50,285 bases of DNA from Candidatus Eiseniibacteriota bacterium (GTDB taxonomy: Bacteria; Eisenbacteria; RBG-16-71-46): contig JBGPFC010000030.1 of the NCBI GenBank assembly GCA_041483195.1, positions 1 through 50,285 of the forward strand, written 5' to 3'. The notes under the pieces were generated by a model. It ran no database searches, was not told the DNA's origin, and worked only from the letters and a program-made list of their open reading frames with translations. Position numbers and translations under genes: made by a program. Shown here one piece after another: positions 19,099-28,460 of this stretch. How positions within the stretch are numbered: position 1 is the stretch's first letter; each line of letters begins with the position of its first letter.

Positions 19099-20265
19099 AT
19101 GAAACTCTCCCCTGATCCCTTGATGCACGTCCGCCACGAGGCGCGCCAGTTCCCGCGCCCGGCCTCCGCACTCCCCGCGCTCCTCCTCATCGCGCTGGCC
19201 ATCGTCCTCGCCAGCTGCACCGCCACCTCCAACAAGCCGCGCACGCCGCGCGTCCCGGTCACGGTCGCCACCGCGCGCGATCGCGCGATGCCGTTCGATC
19301 TGATCTCGACGGGCACGGTCGAGCCGATCCAGTCCGCGGCGGTGGGCTCGCAGGTGGGAGGCGTCATCACGCGCGTCGCGTTTCACGAGGGCGACGAGGT
19401 GAGCGACGGTGAGGTGCTGTTCGAGCTCGACCCGCGCCCGTTCCGCGCCTCGCTCGACCAGGCGCTGGGCGCGCTCCAGCGCGATCGCTCGCATGCGGAG
19501 ACGGCGCGCCTCGACATGGAGCGCTCTCAGAAGCTCTTCGAGCAGGGGATGATCTCGCAGTCGGAGTGGGACCAGAAGCGCAGCACCGCCGAGACCTGGG
19601 CGGGAACCGCGCGCGCCGACTCGGCGGCGGCGGTCACCGCGCGGCTCAACCTCCAGTACGCATCGATCCGCGCGCCGTTCGCGGGGCGCACCGGGCGCCT
19701 CATGATGCACGAGGGCGATTACGTCAAAGCTGCATCCGCCGATCCGCTGGTGACGATCAACCAGATCCATCCGGTGCGCGTGAGCTTCACGGTGCCGGAC
19801 AACGCGGTGTCGCTGGTGCAGCGCTATCGCAACGCGCGGCCGCGCGTGCTGCTCGAGCCCCAGGGCGACGACTCGACCATGATCGAAGGCAGCCTCGCGT
19901 TCGTGGACAACGCGGTCGACGCATCGAGCGGCACGCTGCTCCTGAAGGGTGAGTTCGCGAATCGCGACGGGCGGTTGGTGCCTGGACAGTTCGTGGGCGT
20001 GCGCCTTCGGCTCTACGTGCAGGCCCACGTCACGGTGGTGCCGGCTCCGGCGGTGACGAGCGGGCAGCAGGGCGCGTACGTGTACGTCATGAACGCCGAC
20101 TCCACGGTGACACCGCGCCCGGTGGTGGTGGACCGCACCGCCGACGAGCTGGCGATCGTCTCGCGCGGACTCCAGCCCGGCGAAACCGTGGTCACCGACG
20201 GACAGCTGCGGCTCTCTCCGGGCGCGAAAGTCGTCGTGCGCAAGTCGAGCGAGGCGGCCTCGTGA
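19099..20265 (+). CDS. RND efflux membrane fusion protein (MdtA-like)
   Basis: Lipobox-like LASC; IRAPFAG, DNAVDASSGT and VVTDGQLRL motifs. Confidence 0.92.
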   Translation: MKLSPDPLMHVRHEARQFPRPASALPALLLIALAIVLASCTATSNKPRTPRVPVTVATARDRAMPFDLISTGTVEPIQSAAVGSQVGGVITRVAFHEGDEVSDGEVLFELDPRPFRASLDQALGALQRDRSHAETARLDMERSQKLFEQGMISQSEWDQKRSTAETWAGTARADSAAAVTARLNLQYASIRAPFAGRTGRLMMHEGDYVKAASADPLVTINQIHPVRVSFTVPDNAVSLVQRYRNARPRVLLEPQGDDSTMIEGSLAFVDNAVDASSGTLLLKGEFANRDGRLVPGQFVGVRLRLYVQAHVTVVPAPAVTSGQQGAYVYVMNADSTVTPRPVVVDRTADELAIVSRGLQPGETVVTDGQLRLSPGAKVVVRKSSEAAS

Positions 20266-23200
20266 ACCTGTCGTCGCTCTTCATCCGCCGGCCGGTCATG
20301 ACCACGCTGGTAATGAGCGGGATCCTCTTCTTCGGCATGGTGGGTTACTCGGCGCTTCCGGTGAGCGACCTGCCGAACGTGGACTACCCGGTGATCTCGG
20401 TGAGCGCGAGCCTGGCGGGCGCATCGCCAGAGACCATGGCCTCGGCGGTCGCGACGCCGCTCGAGAAGCAGTTCACCACCATCGCCGGCCTCGACGCGAT
20501 GACCTCTTCGAGCGGCCAGGGCTCGACCAACATCACGATGCAGTTCGCGCTCGATCGCAACATCGACGGCGCGGCGCAGGACGTGCAGGCGGCGATCGCG
20601 AAGACGCTGCGCTCGCTGCCGACCGGCATCGTTCCGCCCTCTTACCAGAAGGTGAATCCGGCGGACCAGCCGATCCTCTACATGGCGCTCACCTCGAAGC
20701 TGATGCCGCTCTCGCAGCTCGACGAGTACGCCGAGAACGTGCTGGCGCAGCGGCTCTCGACGGTGGCGGGGGTGGCGCAGGTGTCGGTGTTCGGCGCGCA
20801 GAAACGCGCGGTGCGAATCCAGCTCGATCCGCGCGCGCTCTCATCGCGCGGCATCCCGATCCGCGACGTGGACGCCGCGATCGACGCCGCCAACGTCAAC
20901 CTCCCGACCGGAATTCTCTGGGGCCCCAACCGCACCGCGACGGTGCAGGCGAACGGCCAGCTCCAGACCGCGCAGGAGTTCGGGGACATCGTCATCGCGG
21001 TGCGCTCGGGCCGGCCGGTGCGGTTGCGCGATCTGGGCAACGTGCTGGAGGACGTGCAGAGCAACAAGGTCGCGAGCTGGTACCGCGGGCAGCGCGCGAT
21101 CGTGCTCGCGATCCAGCGCCAGCCCGGGACCAACACGGTGCAGGTGGCGGACGACGTGCAGAGCCTGCTCGCGAGGCTCAAGCCGCAGTTCCCGGCCTCG
21201 GTCGAGATCGGCACGCTCTACGATCGCGCGGCCTCGATCCGCACCTCGGTGCGCGACGTGAAGTTCACGCTGCTGCTCACGCTGATGCTGGTGGTGATGG
21301 TGATCTTCCTGTTCCTGCGCAACCTGCCGGCGACGGTGATCCCGAGCCTCGCGCTCCCGCTCTCGGTGGTGGGCACCTTTGCGGTGATGCGCCAGCTCGG
21401 CTACAGCCTCGACAATCTCTCGCTGATGGCGCTCACGCTCTCGGTGGGATTCGTGGTGGACGACGCGATCGTCATGCTCGAGAACATCCACCGCCACATG
21501 GAAATGGGAAAGCCCGCCTTGCGCGCGGCGCTGGACGGCTCGCGCGAGATCGGCTTCACCATCCTCTCCATGACGGTGTCGCTGGTCGCGGTGTTCATCC
21601 CGGTGCTGCTGCTGGGCGGCCTGTTCGGGCGGCTGTTCCACGAGTTCGCGGTCACCATCAGCGTCGCGATTCTGGTCTCTGGCTTCGTCTCGCTCACGCT
21701 CACGCCCATGCTGTGCAGCCGCTTCCTGAAGCACGACCACACGCAGCGTCACGGCCACGCGTATCAGGCGATCGAGAACGCCTACCTGCGGACGCTCGGG
21801 TTCTACGAGCGCACGCTGGCGTGGGTGATGGACCACCGCGGCATCGCGATGCTGTTCTCGCTCGGCGTCCTGATCGGCATGGTGCTGCTGTTCGTGGCGG
21901 TGCCCAAGGGCTTCATCCCGAGCGAGGACACCGGGCGCATCGTCGCCAGCACCGAGACCGCCGAGGGCACGTCGTTCGACGCGATGGTGCGGCATCAACA
22001 GGAGGTGGCGGCGATCGTCGGGAAGGACCCGAACATCCTCGAGTTCATGTCGTCGGTGGGCGCCGGCGGCCCGAACTCCGCGGCCAACCAGGGCCGCATG
22101 ATCATGCACTTGAAGCCGCGCTCGCAGCGCAGGCTCTCGGCCGACGAGGTGATCCGCGAGCTGCAGCCCAAGCTCGCGGCGGTCCCCGGCATCCGCGTCT
22201 ACCTCCAGAACCCGCCGGTCATCAACGTGGGCGGACGGCAGTCGAAGAGCCAGTACCAGTACACGCTCCAGAGCACCGACCTCCAGGCGCTCTACGCCGG
22301 ATCCGACGCGCTGCTGGCGCGGCTGCAGAACCTGCCGGGCCTGCAGGACGTGACGAGCGATCTCCAGATCAAGAACCCGCAGGTGAACGTGCAGATCGAC
22401 CGCGAGCGCGCCGCGGCGCTCGGGGTGAGCGCGCAGTCGGTGGAAGAGGCGCTGTACGACGCGTACGGATCGCGGCAGGTCTCGACCATCTACACCTCCA
22501 CCGACCAGTACTGGGTCATCATGGAGCTGATGCCGCAGTTTCAGCGGGACCTCTCGGCGCTGCAGAGCCTCTACGTTCCGGCGCGCAACGGGGCGGTGGT
22601 GCCGCTCTCGGCGGTCGCGAGCATCGCGCCGGGCGTCGGCCCGCTCAGCGTGAACCACATGGGCCAGATCCCGGCGGTGACGCTCTCGTTCAATCTCCGG
22701 CCCGGCACCGCGCTCGGGCAGGGCGTGGACGCCGTGCAACGTGAGGCGCGCCTCACGCTGCCCTCCAACATCACGGGCAGCTTCTTCGGCACAGCGCAGG
22801 TGTTCCAGTCCAGCCAGCAGGGACTGCTCGCGCTGGTGCTGCTCGCGGTGCTGGTCATCTACCTGGTGCTCGGGATCCTCTACGAGAGCTTCATCCACCC
22901 GCTCACGATTCTCTCGGGGCTCCCGTTCGCGGGGTTCGGCGCGCTGCTCACGCTGCTGGTGTTCCGCACCGACCTCAGCATCTACGCGTTCGTGGGCATC
23001 ATCATGCTGATCGGGCTCGTGAAGAAGAACGCGATCATGATGATCGACTTCGCGCTCGACGCCGAGCGCACCGAGGGCAAGAACGCGCGCGATGCGATCA
23101 TGGAGGCGTGCAGCATCCGTTTCCGTCCGATCATGATGACCACCATGGCGGCGCTGATGGGCACGCTGCCGATCGCGATCGGATTCGGCTCGGGATCGGA

Positions 23201-23480
23201 GGCGCGCCGGCCGCTTGGCCTTGCGGTGGTGGGCGGGCTCGCGTTCTCGCAGCTGGTCACGCTCTACGTGACGCCGGTGATCTACACCTACCTCGACGCG
23301 TTCCAGCGCCGGCTGCGGGGGAGAGGCGCGGGTTCGCTCGACGAGACGCTCGTGATCGAAGGCGACGGCGCGGATGGCGCGAACGGCGCGGACGGCGAAG
23401 GAATCACCGGGGAGCCGGCGGGCGCCGCGCGGCCCGGGTCACCCGCCGCGAAGCCGCGCGACCCCGTGCGCGTGGCCTGA
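20262..23480 (+). CDS. RND efflux permease (MdtB/C-like)
   Basis: FIRRPVMTTL, GFVVDDAIVMLEN, RFRPIMMTT, GLVKKNAIMMIDF. Confidence 0.95.
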   Translation: MNLSSLFIRRPVMTTLVMSGILFFGMVGYSALPVSDLPNVDYPVISVSASLAGASPETMASAVATPLEKQFTTIAGLDAMTSSSGQGSTNITMQFALDRNIDGAAQDVQAAIAKTLRSLPTGIVPPSYQKVNPADQPILYMALTSKLMPLSQLDEYAENVLAQRLSTVAGVAQVSVFGAQKRAVRIQLDPRALSSRGIPIRDVDAAIDAANVNLPTGILWGPNRTATVQANGQLQTAQEFGDIVIAVRSGRPVRLRDLGNVLEDVQSNKVASWYRGQRAIVLAIQRQPGTNTVQVADDVQSLLARLKPQFPASVEIGTLYDRAASIRTSVRDVKFTLLLTLMLVVMVIFLFLRNLPATVIPSLALPLSVVGTFAVMRQLGYSLDNLSLMALTLSVGFVVDDAIVMLENIHRHMEMGKPALRAALDGSREIGFTILSMTVSLVAVFIPVLLLGGLFGRLFHEFAVTISVAILVSGFVSLTLTPMLCSRFLKHDHTQRHGHAYQAIENAYLRTLGFYERTLAWVMDHRGIAMLFSLGVLIGMVLLFVAVPKGFIPSEDTGRIVASTETAEGTSFDAMVRHQQEVAAIVGKDPNILEFMSSVGAGGPNSAANQGRMIMHLKPRSQRRLSADEVIRELQPKLAAVPGIRVYLQNPPVINVGGRQSKSQYQYTLQSTDLQALYAGSDALLARLQNLPGLQDVTSDLQIKNPQVNVQIDRERAAALGVSAQSVEEALYDAYGSRQVSTIYTSTDQYWVIMELMPQFQRDLSALQSLYVPARNGAVVPLSAVASIAPGVGPLSVNHMGQIPAVTLSFNLRPGTALGQGVDAVQREARLTLPSNITGSFFGTAQVFQSSQQGLLALVLLAVLVIYLVLGILYESFIHPLTILSGLPFAGFGALLTLLVFRTDLSIYAFVGIIMLIGLVKKNAIMMIDFALDAERTEGKNARDAIMEACSIRFRPIMMTTMAALMGTLPIAIGFGSGSEARRPLGLAVVGGLAFSQLVTLYVTPVIYTYLDAFQRRLRGRGAGSLDETLVIEGDGADGANGADGEGITGEPAGAARPGSPAAKPRDPVRVA

Positions 23481-23497
23481 GGTTCCGGGCCTCCGGC

Positions 23498-24433
23498 TCA
23501 CCGCAGCGTGATCTGCCGCAGAATGCGCGAGCGCACCGGCTCGCCGCATTGCGTGAGCGCCGAATCGGCGCAGGTGCGCTCGAGCACCTCGACCGGATTG
23601 TTCATGCTTGCCGAGAGGAGCCGGCCATCGTCGAGCGCGACCTGGAGCGTCACCTCGAAGGACTCGGATCCCACCGCTGCCGACTTCTTGCCGTCCCCGC
23701 CGTCGCTCACCTCCACCCAATTGTTCGGCGTCCCGGCCACGGGCGCGCTCATCCACGCCGCGGGCAGCTTCAGCCGGGACGAGTCGGGCGGCACGTGGCG
23801 CACCACGACGGTCTCGACGTTCCGCTTGCGATCGATCGCCCCGAGCGTGATGTCGAAGTCGATCGCGTCCTCGCCCAGCGTCACCACCCGGCCATCGGCC
23901 CACGAGTTGGTGCCCTGACCGGGAAAGCGGGCGTGATCTCCCGGGTGGCGCAGGACGGGCAGCCTCGCCGCGAGCCGGAGATCCACGTAGAACGTCATCA
24001 GGTCGAGCACCGGACCGACCAGCCGGGGGTCGGTGCGCGACAGGTCGGGCGGCAGCATGTAATCGGGGGAGAGCGTGAGCCGCTGCCGCACGGCAGGGCT
24101 CCCCGCGGTGAGTGCCACGGGTACGTCGTCGCGCACGAGGTTCGACCATTCGAAGTCCTCGTACCAGTGCCCGAGCGAGTCGCGGCGGACGATTCCCGTC
24201 GCGTCGGCGTGATAGCGCACCGTGTGGCGGCGATCCTGGTTGGTCGCGTCCATGTGGAAACGCAGCGTGTCGCCCTCATGATAGCGGCGTGCGAGCGGAG
24301 GCGGCTCGCCGCCCGGCCGCGTTCCGTGAGGCGGAGCGGCCACGGCGCCGGCCGTGACGATCAGCGTCCCCAGAACGACCCACGCCGCGCCGAGACCGGC
24401 GCGGCGAACGCGGTGCGCATCGGCTTCGAGCAT
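23498..24433 (-). CDS. Hypothetical exported protein
   Basis: Hydrophobic N-terminal segment; directly downstream of the PadR gene (alternative GTG at 24442 overlaps its stop). Confidence 0.65.
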   Translation of the reverse strand: MLEADAHRVRRAGLGAAWVVLGTLIVTAGAVAAPPHGTRPGGEPPPLARRYHEGDTLRFHMDATNQDRRHTVRYHADATGIVRRDSLGHWYEDFEWSNLVRDDVPVALTAGSPAVRQRLTLSPDYMLPPDLSRTDPRLVGPVLDLMTFYVDLRLAARLPVLRHPGDHARFPGQGTNSWADGRVVTLGEDAIDFDITLGAIDRKRNVETVVVRHVPPDSSRLKLPAAWMSAPVAGTPNNWVEVSDGGDGKKSAAVGSESFEVTLQVALDDGRLLSASMNNPVEVLERTCADSALTQCGEPVRSRILRQITLR

Positions 24434-24438
24434 GCTGT

Positions 24439-24972
24439 TCACCTTTCCTTGCGCGCCGCGGTCCGACACCAGGCCGCACGCGCCCGCACGAGTGTGATTC
24501 CCAGGTCGAGCGCGAGCGCCGCCGACCGGGAGAGCTTCCCGGCCATCGCGCCACGCGCCCGTGTGAGTTCCGCCAGATACGCTTCGAGCGCCTCCGCCTG
24601 GCCGCGCAGGAACGGCCGCAATTCGTGGCCCGGCAGCACGGCGCTCAGGAACGCGAGCCGCAGCTCGAAAGCCCCATCGCCGTTCGCGACCTGCGCCGCC
24701 GACACCGGCTCCGCGAGCCACCGCTTGAGCGCCGCGCGCCCGGCGGCCGTGAGCTTCAGCACCCGGCGGCGGCGGCCATGCGCCTCGCCGTACGCGCGCG
24801 CGAAGCCGCGCGCCTCGAGGCGGCGCAGCGCGGGGTAGATCGAACCCGGGCTGTCGCTGTACATGCCGAGCGGGGTCTCCTTGAAGATCTTGCGCAGCTC
24901 GTACCCCGACGACGACTTCAGAGCGAGCAGGCCGAGCAGGGCGTAGTCGAGATGAGATGGCAGCCGCGACAT
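24439..24972 (-). CDS. PadR family transcriptional regulator
   Basis: LLGLL..SGYEL..SPGSIYPALRRLE..LTAAGRAAL. Confidence 0.92.
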   Translation of the reverse strand: MSRLPSHLDYALLGLLALKSSSGYELRKIFKETPLGMYSDSPGSIYPALRRLEARGFARAYGEAHGRRRRVLKLTAAGRAALKRWLAEPVSAAQVANGDGAFELRLAFLSAVLPGHELRPFLRGQAEALEAYLAELTRARGAMAGKLSRSAALALDLGITLVRARAAWCRTAARKER

Positions 24973-25079
24973 AGAACTAACCGTACCATACGAATCGTAC
25001 TATCGCGATATGGAATTCGAGTGGAGGTGGGGCCGACTCGGATCGTTGCGGCCCGGCGCATGGCGCGGCCGGCGCGGGC

Positions 25080-26054
25080 TCACGCCTCGTCGGCGAGCGC
25101 GTCCTTCGGGGGTTCCTTCGGCCGCACCATCACGCTCTTCTCGCGCTCACACACCACCAGCCCGGGCGGCGCCTTGCGCGGCTTGCGCACGTACTTCTTG
25201 CGCGTGACGATCACCGGCACCTTGCCGGCGGTGCGGGCCTGCGAGTAGAACGCGGTCCACGCCGCGACCTCCTCGATGGTCTGCTTCGACGGCTCGCTTG
25301 GGCTCTTGCCGCGCCGCAGCACGACGTGCGATCCCGACGCGCCGTGAACGTGGAACCAGTAGTCCTCGGGACGCGCGAGGTGGTGCGTGAGGTAGTCGTT
25401 GCCATCGTTGTTGCGGCCGATCAGCACGTCCCAGCCCTCGCGGGTCTTGAGCCTGCGCGGCTGGAGCCGCGACGACGGCGCGCGCGCGTCCCCGCGCGCC
25501 ACGCGCGCCGGGGTCGATTCGAGCGCGCTCGGGGGCTCGATCTCATCGCGCATCGCGGGCGGCAGCTTCGCGAGCGCCGCGGTCGCGTCACGCTCGAGCG
25601 CGGGCGGCGGCGCAGCGCCGGTCGCGCCCTCGAGCGCGCGCTCGATGCGGCCGAGCACCGCCTCCAGCGCCTCCGCCTCTTTCTCGGTCGCGGCGATCCG
25701 GCCCGGCGTGTCGGCGAGCCCGCGTTCGGCCTTCGCCGCGCGCTTGAAGTAACGAGCCGCGTTGGCCTGCGCGGTGAGCGCCGGGTCGAGCACGATCTCG
25801 ATGGTGCGCGCGTGGTGGGCCGGATCGGGAAGCGAAACCTCCTTCGCGCGAGCGGGCACCTGCTTGAGGTAGGCGAGCAGCGCCTCGCCGTGACGGCGGA
25901 ACAGCGGCCCGCGCTCCGCCTCGGCGAGATCGCCGCGCAGCGCCTCGATCTTGCGCACGAGACGGCGGTGGAAACGCCGGGCGGCGCGCAGGATCGCTGC
26001 GGCGCGCTCGCGCTCGGGCGATGACGAAGAGGAAGCGTCGGAGGGGGCAGCCAT
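25080..26054 (-). CDS. NFACT RNA-binding domain protein (C-terminal half of RqcH/FbpA)
   Basis: NAARYFKRA coiled coil; IGRNNDGNDYLT, WFHVHGASGSHV, YVRKPRKAPPGLV. Confidence 0.85.
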   Translation of the reverse strand: MAAPSDASSSSSPERERAAAILRAARRFHRRLVRKIEALRGDLAEAERGPLFRRHGEALLAYLKQVPARAKEVSLPDPAHHARTIEIVLDPALTAQANAARYFKRAAKAERGLADTPGRIAATEKEAEALEAVLGRIERALEGATGAAPPPALERDATAALAKLPPAMRDEIEPPSALESTPARVARGDARAPSSRLQPRRLKTREGWDVLIGRNNDGNDYLTHHLARPEDYWFHVHGASGSHVVLRRGKSPSEPSKQTIEEVAAWTAFYSQARTAGKVPVIVTRKKYVRKPRKAPPGLVVCEREKSVMVRPKEPPKDALADEA

Positions 26055-26140
26055 GGCCGCGCAAACCTAGTGCAGCGCGCGGCGCGCCGGCAAACGCCGG
26101 GCCTTGACGCGTGCGCGCGCGGGAGCGCAGGCTCGCCGCC

Positions 26141-26476
26141 ATGGCCTCGCTCCAGTGTCAGTTCTGCGGCACCGCGGTGCCGTTCGCAGAGCCCATCCCG
26201 CGCGATGGCGAGTGCGAGTCGTGCCGTCACGACCTGCGCTGCTGCCGCAACTGCCGGCACTGGGACCCGCACTACAACAACGAGTGCACCGAGAGCATGG
26301 CCGACCCGGTGGTGGACAAGGCGCGCCGGAATTTCTGCGAGTACTTCTACTTCAACCGCGCGCCGTTCGCCGCGGCGGCGGCCACGAGCAACCGGCAGCG
26401 CGATGCGCGGGCGAAGCTCGAGGCGCTCTTCAAGAAGCCGGCGCCCCGCGAAAAGCCGAAGGATGCCGACGCGTAG
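26141..26476 (+). CDS. Small Cys-rich, probably zinc-binding protein
   Basis: CQFC...CESC..DLRCCRNCRHW...C.E...NFCEYF...LEALFK. Confidence 0.8.
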   Translation: MASLQCQFCGTAVPFAEPIPRDGECESCRHDLRCCRNCRHWDPHYNNECTESMADPVVDKARRNFCEYFYFNRAPFAAAAATSNRQRDARAKLEALFKKPAPREKPKDADA

Positions 26477-26698
26477 CGAGGTTTTCCACACGCCTCGGTG
26501 AAACGGTGGAGGAGTGCGCCGTCCCCGCGCGCGGCGCCGTGCTCCGCTCCGGCCCCGCGCGAAATCGTGCGCGCACGCGCGCCGCGCGTTGACTTCGAGC
26601 GGTCCGCCGCAGTACCGTGGCCGCCCCCGCTCAGCCGCCGCTCGCCCCCGCTTTTCGAGCGCAGCGCGGGATTCCTACCCCTCCGCCGGAGGACGTGC

Positions 26699-27577
26699 AT
26701 GATCCGCAGCATGACCGGGTACGGCTCCGCCGATTTCGAGCGGGACGGCCAGCGCCTCTCCGCCGAGATCCGCTCGGTCAATCACCGCTACTGCGAGGTC
26801 TCGATGCGCGCGCCCAAGCTGGTCTCGCTGTTCGAGGACCAGATCCGCCAGCTGATCCAGGAGCGCTTCTCGCGCGGCAAGATCAACCTCACCATCAACT
26901 GGAGCGGCGTGGGGGAGAGCGGCGAGGTGCTCAAGCTCAACGAGCCGGTGGTGGACCGCTACGTCGCCCTGCTCGAGCAGCTGCGCAGCCGCTACAAGCT
27001 GGAATCCGGCATCGACGTGCGCACGCTCGCGACGCTGCCCGACGTCTTCACTTGGGAACATACCGCGCTCTCCGACGAGGAGACCTGGGCGCTGGTCAAG
27101 ACCGTCGTGGATCACGCCTGCGACAACATGAACGTGATGAAGGCGCGCGAGGGCGAGGCGCTGGCGCGCGACCTCGAGCAACGCCTCGCGATCCTGCGCA
27201 GGGAGCTCGACCGGGTGGTCGAGCGCGCGCCGCTGCGGCCGATCGAGGCCAAGGAGCGGCTCGCCTCGCGTCTCAAGGCGATGCTCGACGACGTCGAGAT
27301 GGACCCCGCACGGCTCGCACAGGAACTGGCGCTGATGGCCGACCGCCTCGACTGCACCGAGGAGTGCGTGCGGCTCTCCGCGCACCTCGACCAGTTCCGC
27401 TCGCTGATGGACGGCGCGGAGCTGGCGGGCCGCAAGCTCAACTTCCTGCTCCAGGAGATGAACCGCGAGGCGAACACCATCGGCTCCAAGGCGAACGACG
27501 TCGAGATCGCCCGCGCCGTGATCGTGATCAAGGAAGAAATCGAGCGCCTGCGCGAGCAGGTGCAGAACGTGGAGTGA
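26699..27577 (+). CDS. yicC: YicC/YloC family endoribonuclease
   Basis: MIRSMTGYG, EIRSVNHRY, GRKLNFLLQEMNREANTIGSK, REQVQNVE. Confidence 0.95.
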   Translation: MIRSMTGYGSADFERDGQRLSAEIRSVNHRYCEVSMRAPKLVSLFEDQIRQLIQERFSRGKINLTINWSGVGESGEVLKLNEPVVDRYVALLEQLRSRYKLESGIDVRTLATLPDVFTWEHTALSDEETWALVKTVVDHACDNMNVMKAREGEALARDLEQRLAILRRELDRVVERAPLRPIEAKERLASRLKAMLDDVEMDPARLAQELALMADRLDCTEECVRLSAHLDQFRSLMDGAELAGRKLNFLLQEMNREANTIGSKANDVEIARAVIVIKEEIERLREQVQNVE

Positions 27578-27579
27578 GG

Positions 27580-28224
27580 GTGAACCCGGCCGGATCCGCT
27601 CCCGAAGCCACCGACCGCCGCGTCCCGTTCCGCTTCGAGCGCGGCGGATTCCTGCTGGTGCTCTCGGGGCCGTCCGGGGCCGGCAAGGGCACGCTGGTGG
27701 ACCGGCTGGTCGCGGCGCGGACGGAGTGCGTGTTCTCGATCTCGGCCACCACGCGGCCCCAGCGCTCGAACGAGCAGAGCGGGGTCCAGTACGATTTCGT
27801 GACGCGCGAGGAGTTCGAGCGGCGGCGCTCGGCGGGGCTGTTCCTCGAGTGGGCCGAGGTGCACGACCACCTCTACGCCACGCCCACGCGCTTCGTCGAC
27901 GACAACGTGAAGGCGGGGCGCATCGTGGTGCTCGACGTCGACGTCCAGGGCGGGGCGAGCGTGAGGCGCGCGCGGCCCGACGCGGTCTCGGTGTTCGTCT
28001 ATCCGCCTTCGATCGACGCGCTGCGCCAGCGGTTGCTCAAGCGCAACACCGACGCGCCCGAGGTGGTCGAGCGCCGCCTCGCCAACGCGCCAGGCGAGCT
28101 GGCGGAATATCGCGAATACGATTATCTGGTCATCAACGACGATCTGGAGTCCGCGCTCGCCCGGCTGCTCGCGATCGTGGACGCCGAACGCGCGCGCGTC
28201 AGCCGGATGCGCGCGGCGCCCTAG
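27580..28224 (+). CDS. gmk: Guanylate kinase
   Basis: SGPSGAGKGT, SATTRP, FLEWAEVH, DVDVQG. Confidence 0.96.
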   Translation: MNPAGSAPEATDRRVPFRFERGGFLLVLSGPSGAGKGTLVDRLVAARTECVFSISATTRPQRSNEQSGVQYDFVTREEFERRRSAGLFLEWAEVHDHLYATPTRFVDDNVKAGRIVVLDVDVQGGASVRRARPDAVSVFVYPPSIDALRQRLLKRNTDAPEVVERRLANAPGELAEYREYDYLVINDDLESALARLLAIVDAERARVSRMRAAP

Positions 28225-28255
28225 CCTCAACGCAACCCCGAAGGAGGAAAGCATC

Positions 28256-28453
28256 ATGAAGCTTGCTGCTCTCATTCCACCCCCAGGCATCAGCAAGTAC
28301 GAGATCGCGATCGTGGCCGCGCGCGAGGCGCGCCGGCTCAACGAGTGGTCGCGCCAGACCTCGCAGACGGTGACCGGCAAGGTCACGGCCCTCGCGCTGG
28401 AGCGCACCATTCGTGGCGAAGTCCCGTTCGGGTACGAGGACATCGCGCCGTAG
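28256..28453 (+). CDS. rpoZ: RNA polymerase omega subunit
   Basis: SKYEIAIVAAREARRL; lies between gmk and coaBC; AGGAGG RBS. Confidence 0.85.
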   Translation: MKLAALIPPPGISKYEIAIVAAREARRLNEWSRQTSQTVTGKVTALALERTIRGEVPFGYEDIAP

Positions 28454-28460
28454 GCCCGCC

